32,000 nucleotides of DNA from Geobacter metallireducens GS-15 (GCF_000012925.1 NC_007517.1:1680001-1712000), one strand, 5' to 3'; positions 12,922-21,613 are shown, counted from the first letter of the stretch. Notes: a model not told the origin generated them from the sequence alone. Translations and numbers: made by a program.

Positions 12922-13908
12922 ATGGAAATTATGGACACCGAGCCGAATAGAAAAGATATATTTCCTCAATATTCGATTTGCATCAGAACATTGGGCACCA
13001 GCGCTGACAGGTTTGAAGCGCTGTTGAAGAGTATAGATGGATTAACCATACCACCGAACGAAATCATAGTCGTCTTGCCCCATGGCTATCCTGCTCCTCC
13101 CGAACTCAGGGGTAATGAACTGGTTGTTTATTCGGGCAAGGGAATGCTTGCTCAACGGATCAAGGGGATCGAAAGCGCAGGAAACGATCATGTCCTGTTG
13201 TTGGACGATGATGTGGAGTTTGAACCTGAAACCATGAACAAGCTCATGCTTGCCATGGCAAAATATGGTGCCGATATTGTTTATCCTATTAACAGGACGC
13301 TTCTTCCAACGCCGGGCAAGGCATGGCTTCGCCTTATCACCATTCAAGCGATTGCGCGAAAAAATCAGGATGTATTTATTCGCATGCTCCCCACCGGTGG
13401 GTATTCGTACCTGAATAAGGATCCGTTAACTCCGCTCCCGAGTGAGAGCTGTCCTGGCATGCTGTTGCTTGCAAAACGATCAGCTCTGTTGGCAATAAAT
13501 CTTGACGAGGACGTGTGGGTTGATTCCTCGCCCTATGGTTTCCGTGACGATGCGATACTTTCATACAAAGCTCACTTGGCTGGTTATCGGATATTTGCGG
13601 TGCCCGATGTGCTGACGCGTCACTTGTGCGGTTCCACGAGGCTTGATTCAATGAGAGCAGTATATTCAGCGTTTTCCGTTGGATGTAATAGTTTTGTCTT
13701 CTGGAAAAAATATATCTTTGTGAGAGGCAACACAGCATTCAAGAAGCTTCTGCTTGCTGCACTATTTGCTTGGTCGGTGATAAGTTTAGGTCTGCTTTAC
13801 ATGGTAAATTCTGTTCGTAATCGCAATTTGTCTATTGTTTTTGCTTATGTTAAAGGCAATCTCTGCGGTATGACAAAGAACTCTAAAAGTATAGCCATGA
13901 ATGCGTGA
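12922..13908 (+). CDS. Glycosyltransferase family 2-like, membrane-anchored
   Basis: YSICIRTLGTSADRFEALLKSI..EIIVVLP and LLLDDDVEF (DxD) indicate a GT-A fold. Hydrophobic C-terminal segments are present (LLLAALFAWSVISLGLLYMV). Confidence 0.7.
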   Translation: MEIMDTEPNRKDIFPQYSICIRTLGTSADRFEALLKSIDGLTIPPNEIIVVLPHGYPAPPELRGNELVVYSGKGMLAQRIKGIESAGNDHVLLLDDDVEFEPETMNKLMLAMAKYGADIVYPINRTLLPTPGKAWLRLITIQAIARKNQDVFIRMLPTGGYSYLNKDPLTPLPSESCPGMLLLAKRSALLAINLDEDVWVDSSPYGFRDDAILSYKAHLAGYRIFAVPDVLTRHLCGSTRLDSMRAVYSAFSVGCNSFVFWKKYIFVRGNTAFKKLLLAALFAWSVISLGLLYMVNSVRNRNLSIVFAYVKGNLCGMTKNSKSIAMNA

Positions 13909-13922
13909 TTTGAGGAATGCCA

Positions 13923-15038
13923 ATGAATATTGTTCAGGTTATACCAAGTTTCAATGTGGGTGGCGGTGAGTTGTTGGCGGTCAGACTTTGCGCTGAAATT
14001 AAAAATCAAAGACCTGATTATAAAGTGACACTGATCAGCTTGTACGACCCGATACCATCTATTGTATATGACGAAGCTCTTGCTTCTGACGCACAAATCG
14101 TAACATTGGGGAAGAAAAAAGGCTTTGATCCGTTTACGCCATTACGGATGCTTAAAACCCTCCGTGCCATCAAGCCGGATGTAATTCACACTCACTTGGC
14201 AGGGCTTCGCTATACACTTCTCGCAGGAGTGTTGGGTAATTATTCCCTGAAGGTTCATACAGTTCACAACTTAGCAACTCATGAGACATTCGGATTTTTG
14301 AAGAACGTACACAGAGTTGCTTTTAAATTCTTTTCTTGGATACCCGTATCTTTGTCCAAGGAAGTACAAGACAGCGTCAGGGATATGTATTGTTTAGAGT
14401 CAGTTATAGTAAATAACGGGATTAAAACAAATAGCGAAATTATCAATAAAAGCAAAGAAGATATCAGAAAGCATTATGGACTTCCGCTTAATAGTAAAAT
14501 AATTATAACAATAGGCAGGCTTTGCACACAAAAGAACCAGTTACTGTTGATAGAATCTTTTAATAAAGTATGTAAAAATGCTGAAAATTATACTTTGTTG
14601 ATAGTCGGAGAAGATAATTTGAACGGCAGTTATAAAAATAAGATTGATAAAATAATATCTGAATTGCCAGATATAACCAGAGAGAACCTACATCTCCTTG
14701 GTCCAAGGAAAGATATTCCAGAGTTGTTGATTGCTTCAGATGTTTTTGTTCTCTCATCAGATTGGGAGGGGGTGCCTTTAACGCTCCTTGAAGCCATGGG
14801 GTACGGTACTCCGGTCGTCTGCACATCTGTCGGTGGTATTCCGGACGTTATTGAGCACGGATTTGATGGTCTGCTCGTTTCGAAAGGTGACTCTAAAAGT
14901 CTTGGTAATGCGATTATCGAGGTTTTATCAAACAATTCTTTTGCTTCGAGTCTTGCCCATAATGCTCGAAAAAAGTTCTCACAATTATATTCTATTGAGA
15001 TGACAGCTGAGAAGTACTTACAATTATATAATGCCTGA
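13923..15038 (+). CDS. Glycosyltransferase family 4
   Basis: MNIVQVIPSFNVGGGELLAVRL at the N-terminus. C-terminal region: LSSDWEGVPLTLLEAMGYGTPVVCTSVGGIPDVIEHGFDGLLV. GAGGA at 13912-13916 is ideally spaced for ATG 13923; ATG 13917 is the alternative. Confidence 0.85.
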   Translation: MNIVQVIPSFNVGGGELLAVRLCAEIKNQRPDYKVTLISLYDPIPSIVYDEALASDAQIVTLGKKKGFDPFTPLRMLKTLRAIKPDVIHTHLAGLRYTLLAGVLGNYSLKVHTVHNLATHETFGFLKNVHRVAFKFFSWIPVSLSKEVQDSVRDMYCLESVIVNNGIKTNSEIINKSKEDIRKHYGLPLNSKIIITIGRLCTQKNQLLLIESFNKVCKNAENYTLLIVGEDNLNGSYKNKIDKIISELPDITRENLHLLGPRKDIPELLIASDVFVLSSDWEGVPLTLLEAMGYGTPVVCTSVGGIPDVIEHGFDGLLVSKGDSKSLGNAIIEVLSNNSFASSLAHNARKKFSQLYSIEMTAEKYLQLYNA

Positions 15039-15058
15039 TTTGATGACGCCAATATGGA

Positions 15059-16150
15059 ATGGGAATGGAACCAGATAAGAAGGTATGCATAATCGGACCG
15101 TCTCCTGACAGCCCCTATCAAGGAGGGGTTGCCACTCATATCAGTACGTTGAAGACACTTGCCTGTTTCAAGGATGCTGAAGTCATCGATCCTGGTTCCA
15201 TCCATTCCAACAATAAAACTGGCATTGTCTCAATATTCCGCTCACTGACAGGATTGAAGCAAAGAATATTGTTGGGGCGCTTCACTCATGTTTTCGTGAA
15301 CACCTCCATCTATACCGGCTCTATCATCAAGTTGCTGCTGATTCTTGCGATTTTGCCGAATGCAGACAATACAAAAATACATGTATTTTATCATGGAGGC
15401 AGATTCCAGTCCTTACCCGCATGGCTGTCGGTACTTCTTTCAACTCTGTGTTTGCGACTGATGCACAAGGTACGAATGCATCACTTTTTAAGCAAAATTC
15501 AGCAGGAGGGTTTTGTACCTGTATGCAAAGGTTGTAGTGTCGGTCTGTTTGCCAATTATGCCCAGGGAGACGACATCTGGCTAAGACACTTGAAGTCCCA
15601 AAATGCTCCTCTTAAACTCCTGTTTGTGGGGCGGTTAGTGAAAGAAAAGGGAATATTCGAAGCGCTGGAGGCTTTCAACAGGCTGCATGGCGCCGACGGA
15701 CAGGTTGAGTTGACGGTTGCGGGAGATGGCCCTGCTTATCCTGAACTTTCTACGATGTGCAAATATATTTCTGATGGTGCATTACGGTTTCTGGGGCATG
15801 TGTCGGGAGAGACTCTGGAACAGGCATATAGAGAAGCTGATTTGTTGGTCATTCCATCGTATCACGAAGCATTTCCCTATGCCGCAATCGAAGCCATGCG
15901 TGCCGGGTTGCCCATGATTTCTACGAGCTCGGGAGCACTGGAGATGTTGGTCGAGGACGGGGTTACCGGTTTTAAAATCCCGCCCCGCGATGTTTCCGCA
16001 CTGGAGAAGGCAATCCGCACCATACTGGAAAATCGGGAGTTGCTCAAACCTATGTCTGATAACTGCTACGAGTATTTCAAGGCCCACTTAAGTAAATCGG
16101 CTGCAGAACAGTATTACTCCCGGCTACTTGGCACATGTACCGTTGCCTGA
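15059..16150 (+). CDS. Glycosyltransferase family 4
   Basis: KKVCIIGPSPDSPYQGGVATHISTL, then LLFVGRLVKEKG, and IPSYHEAFPYAAIEAMRAGLPMISTSSGALEMLVEDGVTGFKI (E-x7-E region). Confidence 0.8.
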   Translation: MGMEPDKKVCIIGPSPDSPYQGGVATHISTLKTLACFKDAEVIDPGSIHSNNKTGIVSIFRSLTGLKQRILLGRFTHVFVNTSIYTGSIIKLLLILAILPNADNTKIHVFYHGGRFQSLPAWLSVLLSTLCLRLMHKVRMHHFLSKIQQEGFVPVCKGCSVGLFANYAQGDDIWLRHLKSQNAPLKLLFVGRLVKEKGIFEALEAFNRLHGADGQVELTVAGDGPAYPELSTMCKYISDGALRFLGHVSGETLEQAYREADLLVIPSYHEAFPYAAIEAMRAGLPMISTSSGALEMLVEDGVTGFKIPPRDVSALEKAIRTILENRELLKPMSDNCYEYFKAHLSKSAAEQYYSRLLGTCTVA

Positions 16151-16154
16151 CTTC

Positions 16155-18380
16155 ATGACTGCCGCAATTGTCCACAAGCTGATCCTCCTTCTTTTGGTAT
16201 TCGTATATTCGTTTACCGCCCTGGTTCCTTCCACGTACTCCGCTACAAACATGGCCATCGGCAAGGCATACACGGTCACTCCAATTCAAAACTACAAGCT
16301 GACAGCAGGGCCGGATGACAGGACCTCCCTTACGGACGGCAAATACAGCTCAGGCTATTTCTGGACCCGGAAATCGACAGTGGGGTGGCAGGGTGCAAAA
16401 AGAATTGAAATACTGATTGATCTCGGAAAAGTAGCGGATATCGGCGGATTGTCGTTCAATACCGCACGCGGACAGGGAGCGGGCGTGTACTTCCCCGCCC
16501 ATGTGTATGCATTCGTCGGAACTGACAAGGATCATTTTTCCTATGTGGGGGATATTGTCAAAAGCCCGGACAATACGCCAGGCCATTACAAGATCAAGAA
16601 GTTCGAGCTGTCAGGCATCAATACAAAGGGAAGGTATCTGCTGCTGGAGGTTATCCCGAGAGGGAATTTCGCCTTCTGCGATGAGATCGAGGTTTTTGCC
16701 GGTAACAGACCAACTAATATCGTCGGCTCTATGGATATGGAGGCGGTACGGAGCTTTGGCAGCCAGCTGGAACGGCTCGATATAGAAAAGGAATTTATGA
16801 TCGGGCTCCTGGACGCGGCAATCAGGGAGCCTGGCAACTCCATTAGGTCCGATATGCAATTATCCGCAATCAGGCAGAGCATAAACGCCCTCTCCGGTAT
16901 CGACGAAACCGGGTCAATCGAGACTGCGATTTTTGCTCAGCGTGGCGACGCGCTCCGTTCGCGATTTTCGGGAAGGCGATTCCTTTTGGAATCAGTCAAC
17001 CCTTGGGCACCGATGTCACCGATTTCCGCGCCCCTTGACAACCCTCCGAACGGCATAGCTTTAACGATGCCGCAGGGCGGCTATGATTATGCATCCTTTG
17101 TGCTTACGAACCTGGCGGCAACCCCTCAGAAGATAATCATTCGACCGGAGAGTATGGCGAAGGAGGCTCCCAGCCTGGCTGTATATTATGTGCCGTTTGT
17201 GAAAAGCGCTGCGATGGAATTTGTTGCCGATCCGCTTGTACCAGTGAACTCCGGTTTTACACTGCGTCCCGGCGAATCACGGATGATATTTCTGGCAGCA
17301 CATGGGGCATATCCCGGCAAATGGCAGAGCACTCTGAAAGTCGCTATAGGCGCAGATGTCAGTTCGGTCCCCCTGAATCTTTATGTAGCAACCACTGCTC
17401 TCCCCGCTAGATTCTCCTGCAATGCGATTAACTGGGGTTATCTCGATTTCAAGCCCATCAGAGAGCATAAGGCTGATGCGGTGAAAGACCTGTTTGCACA
17501 TCATGTCAATATCGCGGTTATTCCCCCGTGGTATATTCCCTTTAATTCCCCGGCTAAAATTCGTGATCTGCTCAGGATTGAAAATTACCTCCGTTTGAGT
17601 AGCGGGGCTTCCAAGGTTTTATTTTTTTTGAATTTCAATGAAAACAAAAAGCTGACTGCCAACAATAACTATGCGTACCTGAGTTCCGAGTGGAAGGATT
17701 GGTTCAAAGAGCTCTATCGTACGCTGGTCAAGAGTGCCGCACGAGCCGGATTCTCCGAGGAGCAACTGTATCTTTATCCTTTCGACGAGGTGCACGGAAA
17801 GGATATCGATCGGTTTGTGGCATTCGCTTCCTGGGCCAGAAAGGAAATCCCGTCGATAAAGTTTTACGGGACTCTGGAGAGGAAGGAAGCCCTGAGGGTC
17901 TTGCCTTACCTGGATATAGCCCAGGTAATCGACCGTGATGATCTGTTGGAGGGTGCAAGGCGTTCAAAGAAAGAGATATGGATATACGGCGCGGCCGACA
18001 ATACGAAATCGCTTTCTCCCTATTCCTACTATCGACTCATGGCATGGAAAGCGTTTTATCTGGGATTCAAAGGGGCCGGTTTCTGGAATTATGCCGATAT
18101 CGGTTCAGGCGATAACCCTGGGAGTGCCTGGGATGATTTTGATGGTGACCGTCCGGACTTTGCAGTGATCTATGAAGGGGCCAACGGCGGTATTGTTTCG
18201 AGTCGCCGCTGGGAGGCCTGGCGTATGGGCGTTGAGGATTACGAACTGCTCTCCATGTATGCAAAGTCCAAGGGGGAAGATGCGGCAAGGGCGCTGGCGA
18301 AAGGAGTTCTTTCAAATCCTGTTGACACCGGCAAGGCGGATGAGGCACGCCGCATCATTTTGCACGAACTGTCTCAATAA
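16155..18380 (+). CDS. Secreted multidomain protein: discoidin (F5/8 type C)-like carbohydrate-binding domain + beta-sandwich + GH123/DUF4091-like putative glycoside hydrolase domain
   Basis: Signal-peptide-like N-terminus MTAAIVHKLILLLLVFVYSFTALVPSTYSA (an alternative ATG at 16128 overlaps the upstream gene by 23 nt). Discoidin-like block: LTDGKYS..GWQG.KRIEILIDLGKVADIGGLSFN...KGRYLLLEVIPRGNFAFCDEIEVF. The C-terminal IWIYGA...YRLMAWKAFYLGFKGAGFWNY...DFAVIYEG.NGGIVSSRRWEAWRMGVEDYELL resembles the DUF4091/GH123 signature as I remember it. Confidence 0.6.
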   Translation: MTAAIVHKLILLLLVFVYSFTALVPSTYSATNMAIGKAYTVTPIQNYKLTAGPDDRTSLTDGKYSSGYFWTRKSTVGWQGAKRIEILIDLGKVADIGGLSFNTARGQGAGVYFPAHVYAFVGTDKDHFSYVGDIVKSPDNTPGHYKIKKFELSGINTKGRYLLLEVIPRGNFAFCDEIEVFAGNRPTNIVGSMDMEAVRSFGSQLERLDIEKEFMIGLLDAAIREPGNSIRSDMQLSAIRQSINALSGIDETGSIETAIFAQRGDALRSRFSGRRFLLESVNPWAPMSPISAPLDNPPNGIALTMPQGGYDYASFVLTNLAATPQKIIIRPESMAKEAPSLAVYYVPFVKSAAMEFVADPLVPVNSGFTLRPGESRMIFLAAHGAYPGKWQSTLKVAIGADVSSVPLNLYVATTALPARFSCNAINWGYLDFKPIREHKADAVKDLFAHHVNIAVIPPWYIPFNSPAKIRDLLRIENYLRLSSGASKVLFFLNFNENKKLTANNNYAYLSSEWKDWFKELYRTLVKSAARAGFSEEQLYLYPFDEVHGKDIDRFVAFASWARKEIPSIKFYGTLERKEALRVLPYLDIAQVIDRDDLLEGARRSKKEIWIYGAADNTKSLSPYSYYRLMAWKAFYLGFKGAGFWNYADIGSGDNPGSAWDDFDGDRPDFAVIYEGANGGIVSSRRWEAWRMGVEDYELLSMYAKSKGEDAARALAKGVLSNPVDTGKADEARRIILHELSQ

Positions 18381-18391
18381 AGGATACGGTA

Positions 18392-20077
18392 GTGAAAGCA
18401 GAATCAGTGTCCCGCTATTTTCATACCCTTCGCCACCTGAAGCTTCGTCAGATGGCTTTTCGAGTTGTTCGCCGCCTCAGGCAGCCCTCGCTGCCTGGTC
18501 GCCGTGGCCCGGTGAACCGACGGTCCGGTGTTTTCATGAGTCCGGTAATTGTTCGAAAAATGAACTGCGGCAGTGAATTTGCGTTTCGCTTCCTGAACGA
18601 GGAGTTGAGTTTTTCCCCCGAAGCCATCGACTGGCACCCTGTCGCCGTCGGCAAGCTCTGGCGCTATAATCTTCATTATTTTGATTGCCTTATGGAAGAG
18701 GGGCGGTCTCGGGAAAGCATGCGGACACTGCTCGATTCATGGATCGCCTCCAATGCACCCGGAACGGCCGATGCGTGGGAGCCTTTCCCGTTGTCGCTGC
18801 GCATTGTGAACTGGATCAAGTTATTCCTCACTTCCGATATGCGGACTACAATTGCTGATAAATGGCTGGACAGCCTCTACGATCAAACCCTCTGGCTGGA
18901 ACAATCCGTCGAATATCATCTGATGGGCAATCACTATTTCAAGAATGGCAAAGCGCTCCTTTTTGCCGGACTCTTCTTCGTGGGGCCTGTGGCCGAAAGG
19001 TGGCTGGGAAAGGGTCTGCAAATCCTTTCTTCAGAGATTGAAGAGCAAATTCTTGCCGACGGCGGCCATTTTGAACGCAGCCCCATGTATCACGCCATGA
19101 TTCTTGAGGATTGTCTCGATCTGTTGAACCTCTGTCTGGATCACTCCCGACGCGACCTGGGGATCTTTTCCGAACGATTGAGACTTGTGACTCGTGCCAT
19201 GGTCAGATTTTTGCTCGGTATGAGTCACCCCGACGGGGAGATTGCCCTCTTCAATGATGCAGCCTTCGGCATCGAGACCCGGCCGGCAGAGCTTGCAGCC
19301 TACTACGAACGTCTTACCGGTGAGCGGATTGCGGCGCAGACTGGCGCTTATTGGGCTTTTCCTGAATCCGGCTATTTTGTCATGGCCCCTGCGCAGGGGA
19401 ATCGTCTCATTATCGACTGCGGGCCCGTGGGGCCCGACTACCAGCCGGGGCACGCCCACTGTGACACTCTGAGCTTCGAACTGTCGCTAAGGGGGAGACG
19501 GGTAATAGTCGATTCGGGCTGCTGTCAGTACCTCGATGGTGACATTCGCCGGTATAACCGGGGCAACGTCGGACACAACACCGTCACCCTGGACGGGGTG
19601 AACCAGTCGGATGTCTGGAGCGCCCATCGGTGCGCCCGGCGGGCCCGCCCCATGGGCCCAGGCATTACGCTCCGCGATGATGGCGCCCTCCACTTTACCG
19701 GCGCCCACGATGGTTACCACCGACTTTCCGGCAGGCCGGTCCACCATCGAAATGTTGTCTGGCAGGGGAAGAGACTGGTCGTGGAGGATCTGCTCGATGG
19801 GGAAGGGGAGCATGAAGTTGAATCGAGGCTTCATATTCATCCGGATCTCACGGTCGGGTTTCATGAAAATCGAGCTTTTATCCGGAACGGTTCTGAGCTG
19901 CTCCTGACAGTGGCGTCTCTGGGGGGGGAAGAGATCGGGTGTGACGAGGGGTGGTACTGCCCCGAGTTTGGACTCAGCCTCCCCTGTTCAGTCCTTTCGG
20001 TCCGTCTGCGTAACGTGAGATTCCCCTCCCGTTGCGGATGGGTCATGACTATCGGCTCAGCTGATGAGCTGCGGTAA
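18392..20077 (+). CDS. Heparinase II/III-family protein (alginate-lyase-like N-domain + Hepar_II_III C-domain), no signal peptide
   Basis: GTG start lies 8 nt after AAGGA. Family blocks present: YFHTLRHLKLRQ, WRYNLHYFD, NHYFKNGKALLFAGLFF, DGGHFERSPMYHAMILEDCLDL, HPDGEIALFNDAA, GHAHCDTLSFELS..GRRVIVDSG and GHNTVTLDG. Confidence 0.85.
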   Translation: MKAESVSRYFHTLRHLKLRQMAFRVVRRLRQPSLPGRRGPVNRRSGVFMSPVIVRKMNCGSEFAFRFLNEELSFSPEAIDWHPVAVGKLWRYNLHYFDCLMEEGRSRESMRTLLDSWIASNAPGTADAWEPFPLSLRIVNWIKLFLTSDMRTTIADKWLDSLYDQTLWLEQSVEYHLMGNHYFKNGKALLFAGLFFVGPVAERWLGKGLQILSSEIEEQILADGGHFERSPMYHAMILEDCLDLLNLCLDHSRRDLGIFSERLRLVTRAMVRFLLGMSHPDGEIALFNDAAFGIETRPAELAAYYERLTGERIAAQTGAYWAFPESGYFVMAPAQGNRLIIDCGPVGPDYQPGHAHCDTLSFELSLRGRRVIVDSGCCQYLDGDIRRYNRGNVGHNTVTLDGVNQSDVWSAHRCARRARPMGPGITLRDDGALHFTGAHDGYHRLSGRPVHHRNVVWQGKRLVVEDLLDGEGEHEVESRLHIHPDLTVGFHENRAFIRNGSELLLTVASLGGEEIGCDEGWYCPEFGLSLPCSVLSVRLRNVRFPSRCGWVMTIGSADELR

Positions 20078-20230
20078 GTCCCGCAGTAACCTGAACCGGC
20101 AGTTGTCGGTCGAGCTATCGTAGTAAGTTTCCCACCCATACTCTTTTTACTTCCGTGTAACACAGTCTACAAAGAGCGGTGCTAGCATGCGCCCTGTAAG
20201 CTCCTTCATGAAAATGAGGTTAGCGAGGCC

Positions 20231-21493
20231 ATGCACATACTCTTTCTTACCCACTATTTTCCCCCCGAGGTGAACGCTCCTGCCTCGCGCACCTACGAGA
20301 ACGCGCGGCGATGGGTTCGGGACGGTCATCATGTCACCGTCATTACCTGCGCTCCGAACCATCCGAAGGGCGTAATCTACCCGGGATACCGGAACCGCTG
20401 GTGTCAACAGGAAGATCTTGACGGGATCAGGGTGCTGCGGGTGAAGACCTACCTGAGCGCCAACAAGGGTTTTGCCAAGCGGATCGCCAATTATCTCTCG
20501 TATATGCTTTCAAGTACCGTCTTCTCCTGTCTGGTGCGGGACATCGACGTGGTGGTCTCCACTTCCCCCCAGTTTTTCTGTGGTTTGGCCGGTTATTTCG
20601 TGTCGCGGGCGAGGAGTGCCCCGTGGGTTGTGGAGATACGGGACCTCTGGCCCGAGTCGATCATTGCCGTCGGTGCCATCCGCAATAGAACTGTGATCGA
20701 CCTGCTGGAAGGGTTGGAAACATTTATGTACCGTCGTGCCGACCATGTGGTGGCCGTGACCGACGCTTTCAAGCGGCATATTGCCGGCCGCGGTGTGGGG
20801 AGAGACCGGATCTCCGTCATCAAGAACGGCGCGGACCTTGAACGTTTCACATCTGGTCCGAGGGAGAATTCTTTCCGGAGAGAGCATGGACTGGAAGGAA
20901 AGTTTGTTGTCTCCTATGTTGGCACCCATGGCATGGCCCATGGTCTCAATACCATCTTCGAGACTGCCGAGGCGATGCGGAGCTGTGAGGATATTGTTTT
21001 CCTGCTCGTCGGAGATGGGGCAGAGAGGGAGCCGCTTCTTGCCCGTAAGGCGGAATTAGGGCTTACGAACGTGCTTATGCTCCCCCAACAGCCAAAGGAG
21101 CGGATGCCGGAAATCATTAACGCTTCGGATGCCTGCATGGTGCTTCTGAAAAAAACGGATCTCTTCAAGACAGTGATACCTTCAAAAATATTCGAGGCGA
21201 TGGCCATGGAGCGTCCCATTATCCTCGGGGTTGAAGGCGAAAGCCGTGAAATTGTCGAAGAGGGATGCTGTGGCCTTTGCATTGAGCCCGAAAACGCGGC
21301 GGAACTGGCGGATGCGATTCGGCGTCTGAGAGACGACGGGAAGCTTGCCGACGAACTGGGGCAAAACGGACGGCGCTTCGTTTCGGCAGTCTTCAATCGT
21401 GAGGTACTCGCCCGCCGCTACCTTGAAACTCTCTCGAGTATGGTGCCTTTACCGGCGTCAACCATTGGCGTGATTGGAAAAGAGTTGCCGTGA
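20231..21493 (+). CDS. Glycosyltransferase family 4, WbuB-like
   Basis: MHILFLTHYFPPEVNAPASRTYENARRWVRDGHHVTVITCAPNHPKG matches the WbuB-type N-terminus. Also VVEIRDLWPES, YVGTHGMAHGL, and SKIFEAMAMERPIILGVEGESREIVEE in the C-terminal region. Confidence 0.85.
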   Translation: MHILFLTHYFPPEVNAPASRTYENARRWVRDGHHVTVITCAPNHPKGVIYPGYRNRWCQQEDLDGIRVLRVKTYLSANKGFAKRIANYLSYMLSSTVFSCLVRDIDVVVSTSPQFFCGLAGYFVSRARSAPWVVEIRDLWPESIIAVGAIRNRTVIDLLEGLETFMYRRADHVVAVTDAFKRHIAGRGVGRDRISVIKNGADLERFTSGPRENSFRREHGLEGKFVVSYVGTHGMAHGLNTIFETAEAMRSCEDIVFLLVGDGAEREPLLARKAELGLTNVLMLPQQPKERMPEIINASDACMVLLKKTDLFKTVIPSKIFEAMAMERPIILGVEGESREIVEEGCCGLCIEPENAAELADAIRRLRDDGKLADELGQNGRRFVSAVFNREVLARRYLETLSSMVPLPASTIGVIGKELP

Positions 21494-21613
21494 ATGTGGT
21501 GCCTGTGGCAGAGAAGACCCGGATTCAGGAAGGTTGATCATCTTTTGCAACTCTGTCGATCTTGAAGTGACGGCAGGCATCGATCGAATTCAGAACCTCA
21601 TCGAAAGGAAATC

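Larger units (their letters stand above)
9242..15038. other. AT-rich compositional block (five genes) inside the polysaccharide locus; probable exchanged glycan-specificity cassette
   Basis: Hand counts of single 60-nt lines. Flanks: 63% GC (1-60), 65% (20281-20340), 62% (26401-26460). Inside the block: 32% (9241-9300), 40% (9661-9720), 33% (12001-12060), 27% (14521-14580). Shoulders: about 47-52% (8401-8460, 15301-15360, 16201-16260). Confidence 0.6.

Noticed and set aside
20146-20173. Sigma70-like TTTACT-N16-TACAAA in the 153-nt gap before the WbuB-like gene
   Set aside because: It is a plausible internal promoter, but both hexamers are weak matches, and such pairs arise by chance in AT-containing spacers. 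It is mentioned only as a candidate for 5'-end mapping.
21494-21613. Short repeats in the exosortase leader: TCGATC at 21556 and 21580, ATTCAG at about 21523 and 21588, and the TGATCA palindrome at 21535
   Set aside because: Repeated 6-mers are expected by chance in a 120-nt region, at roughly 1-2 pairs. I also found no GG-N10-GC sigma-54 spacing match here or in 2663-2726. There is not enough support to call an operator or promoter.
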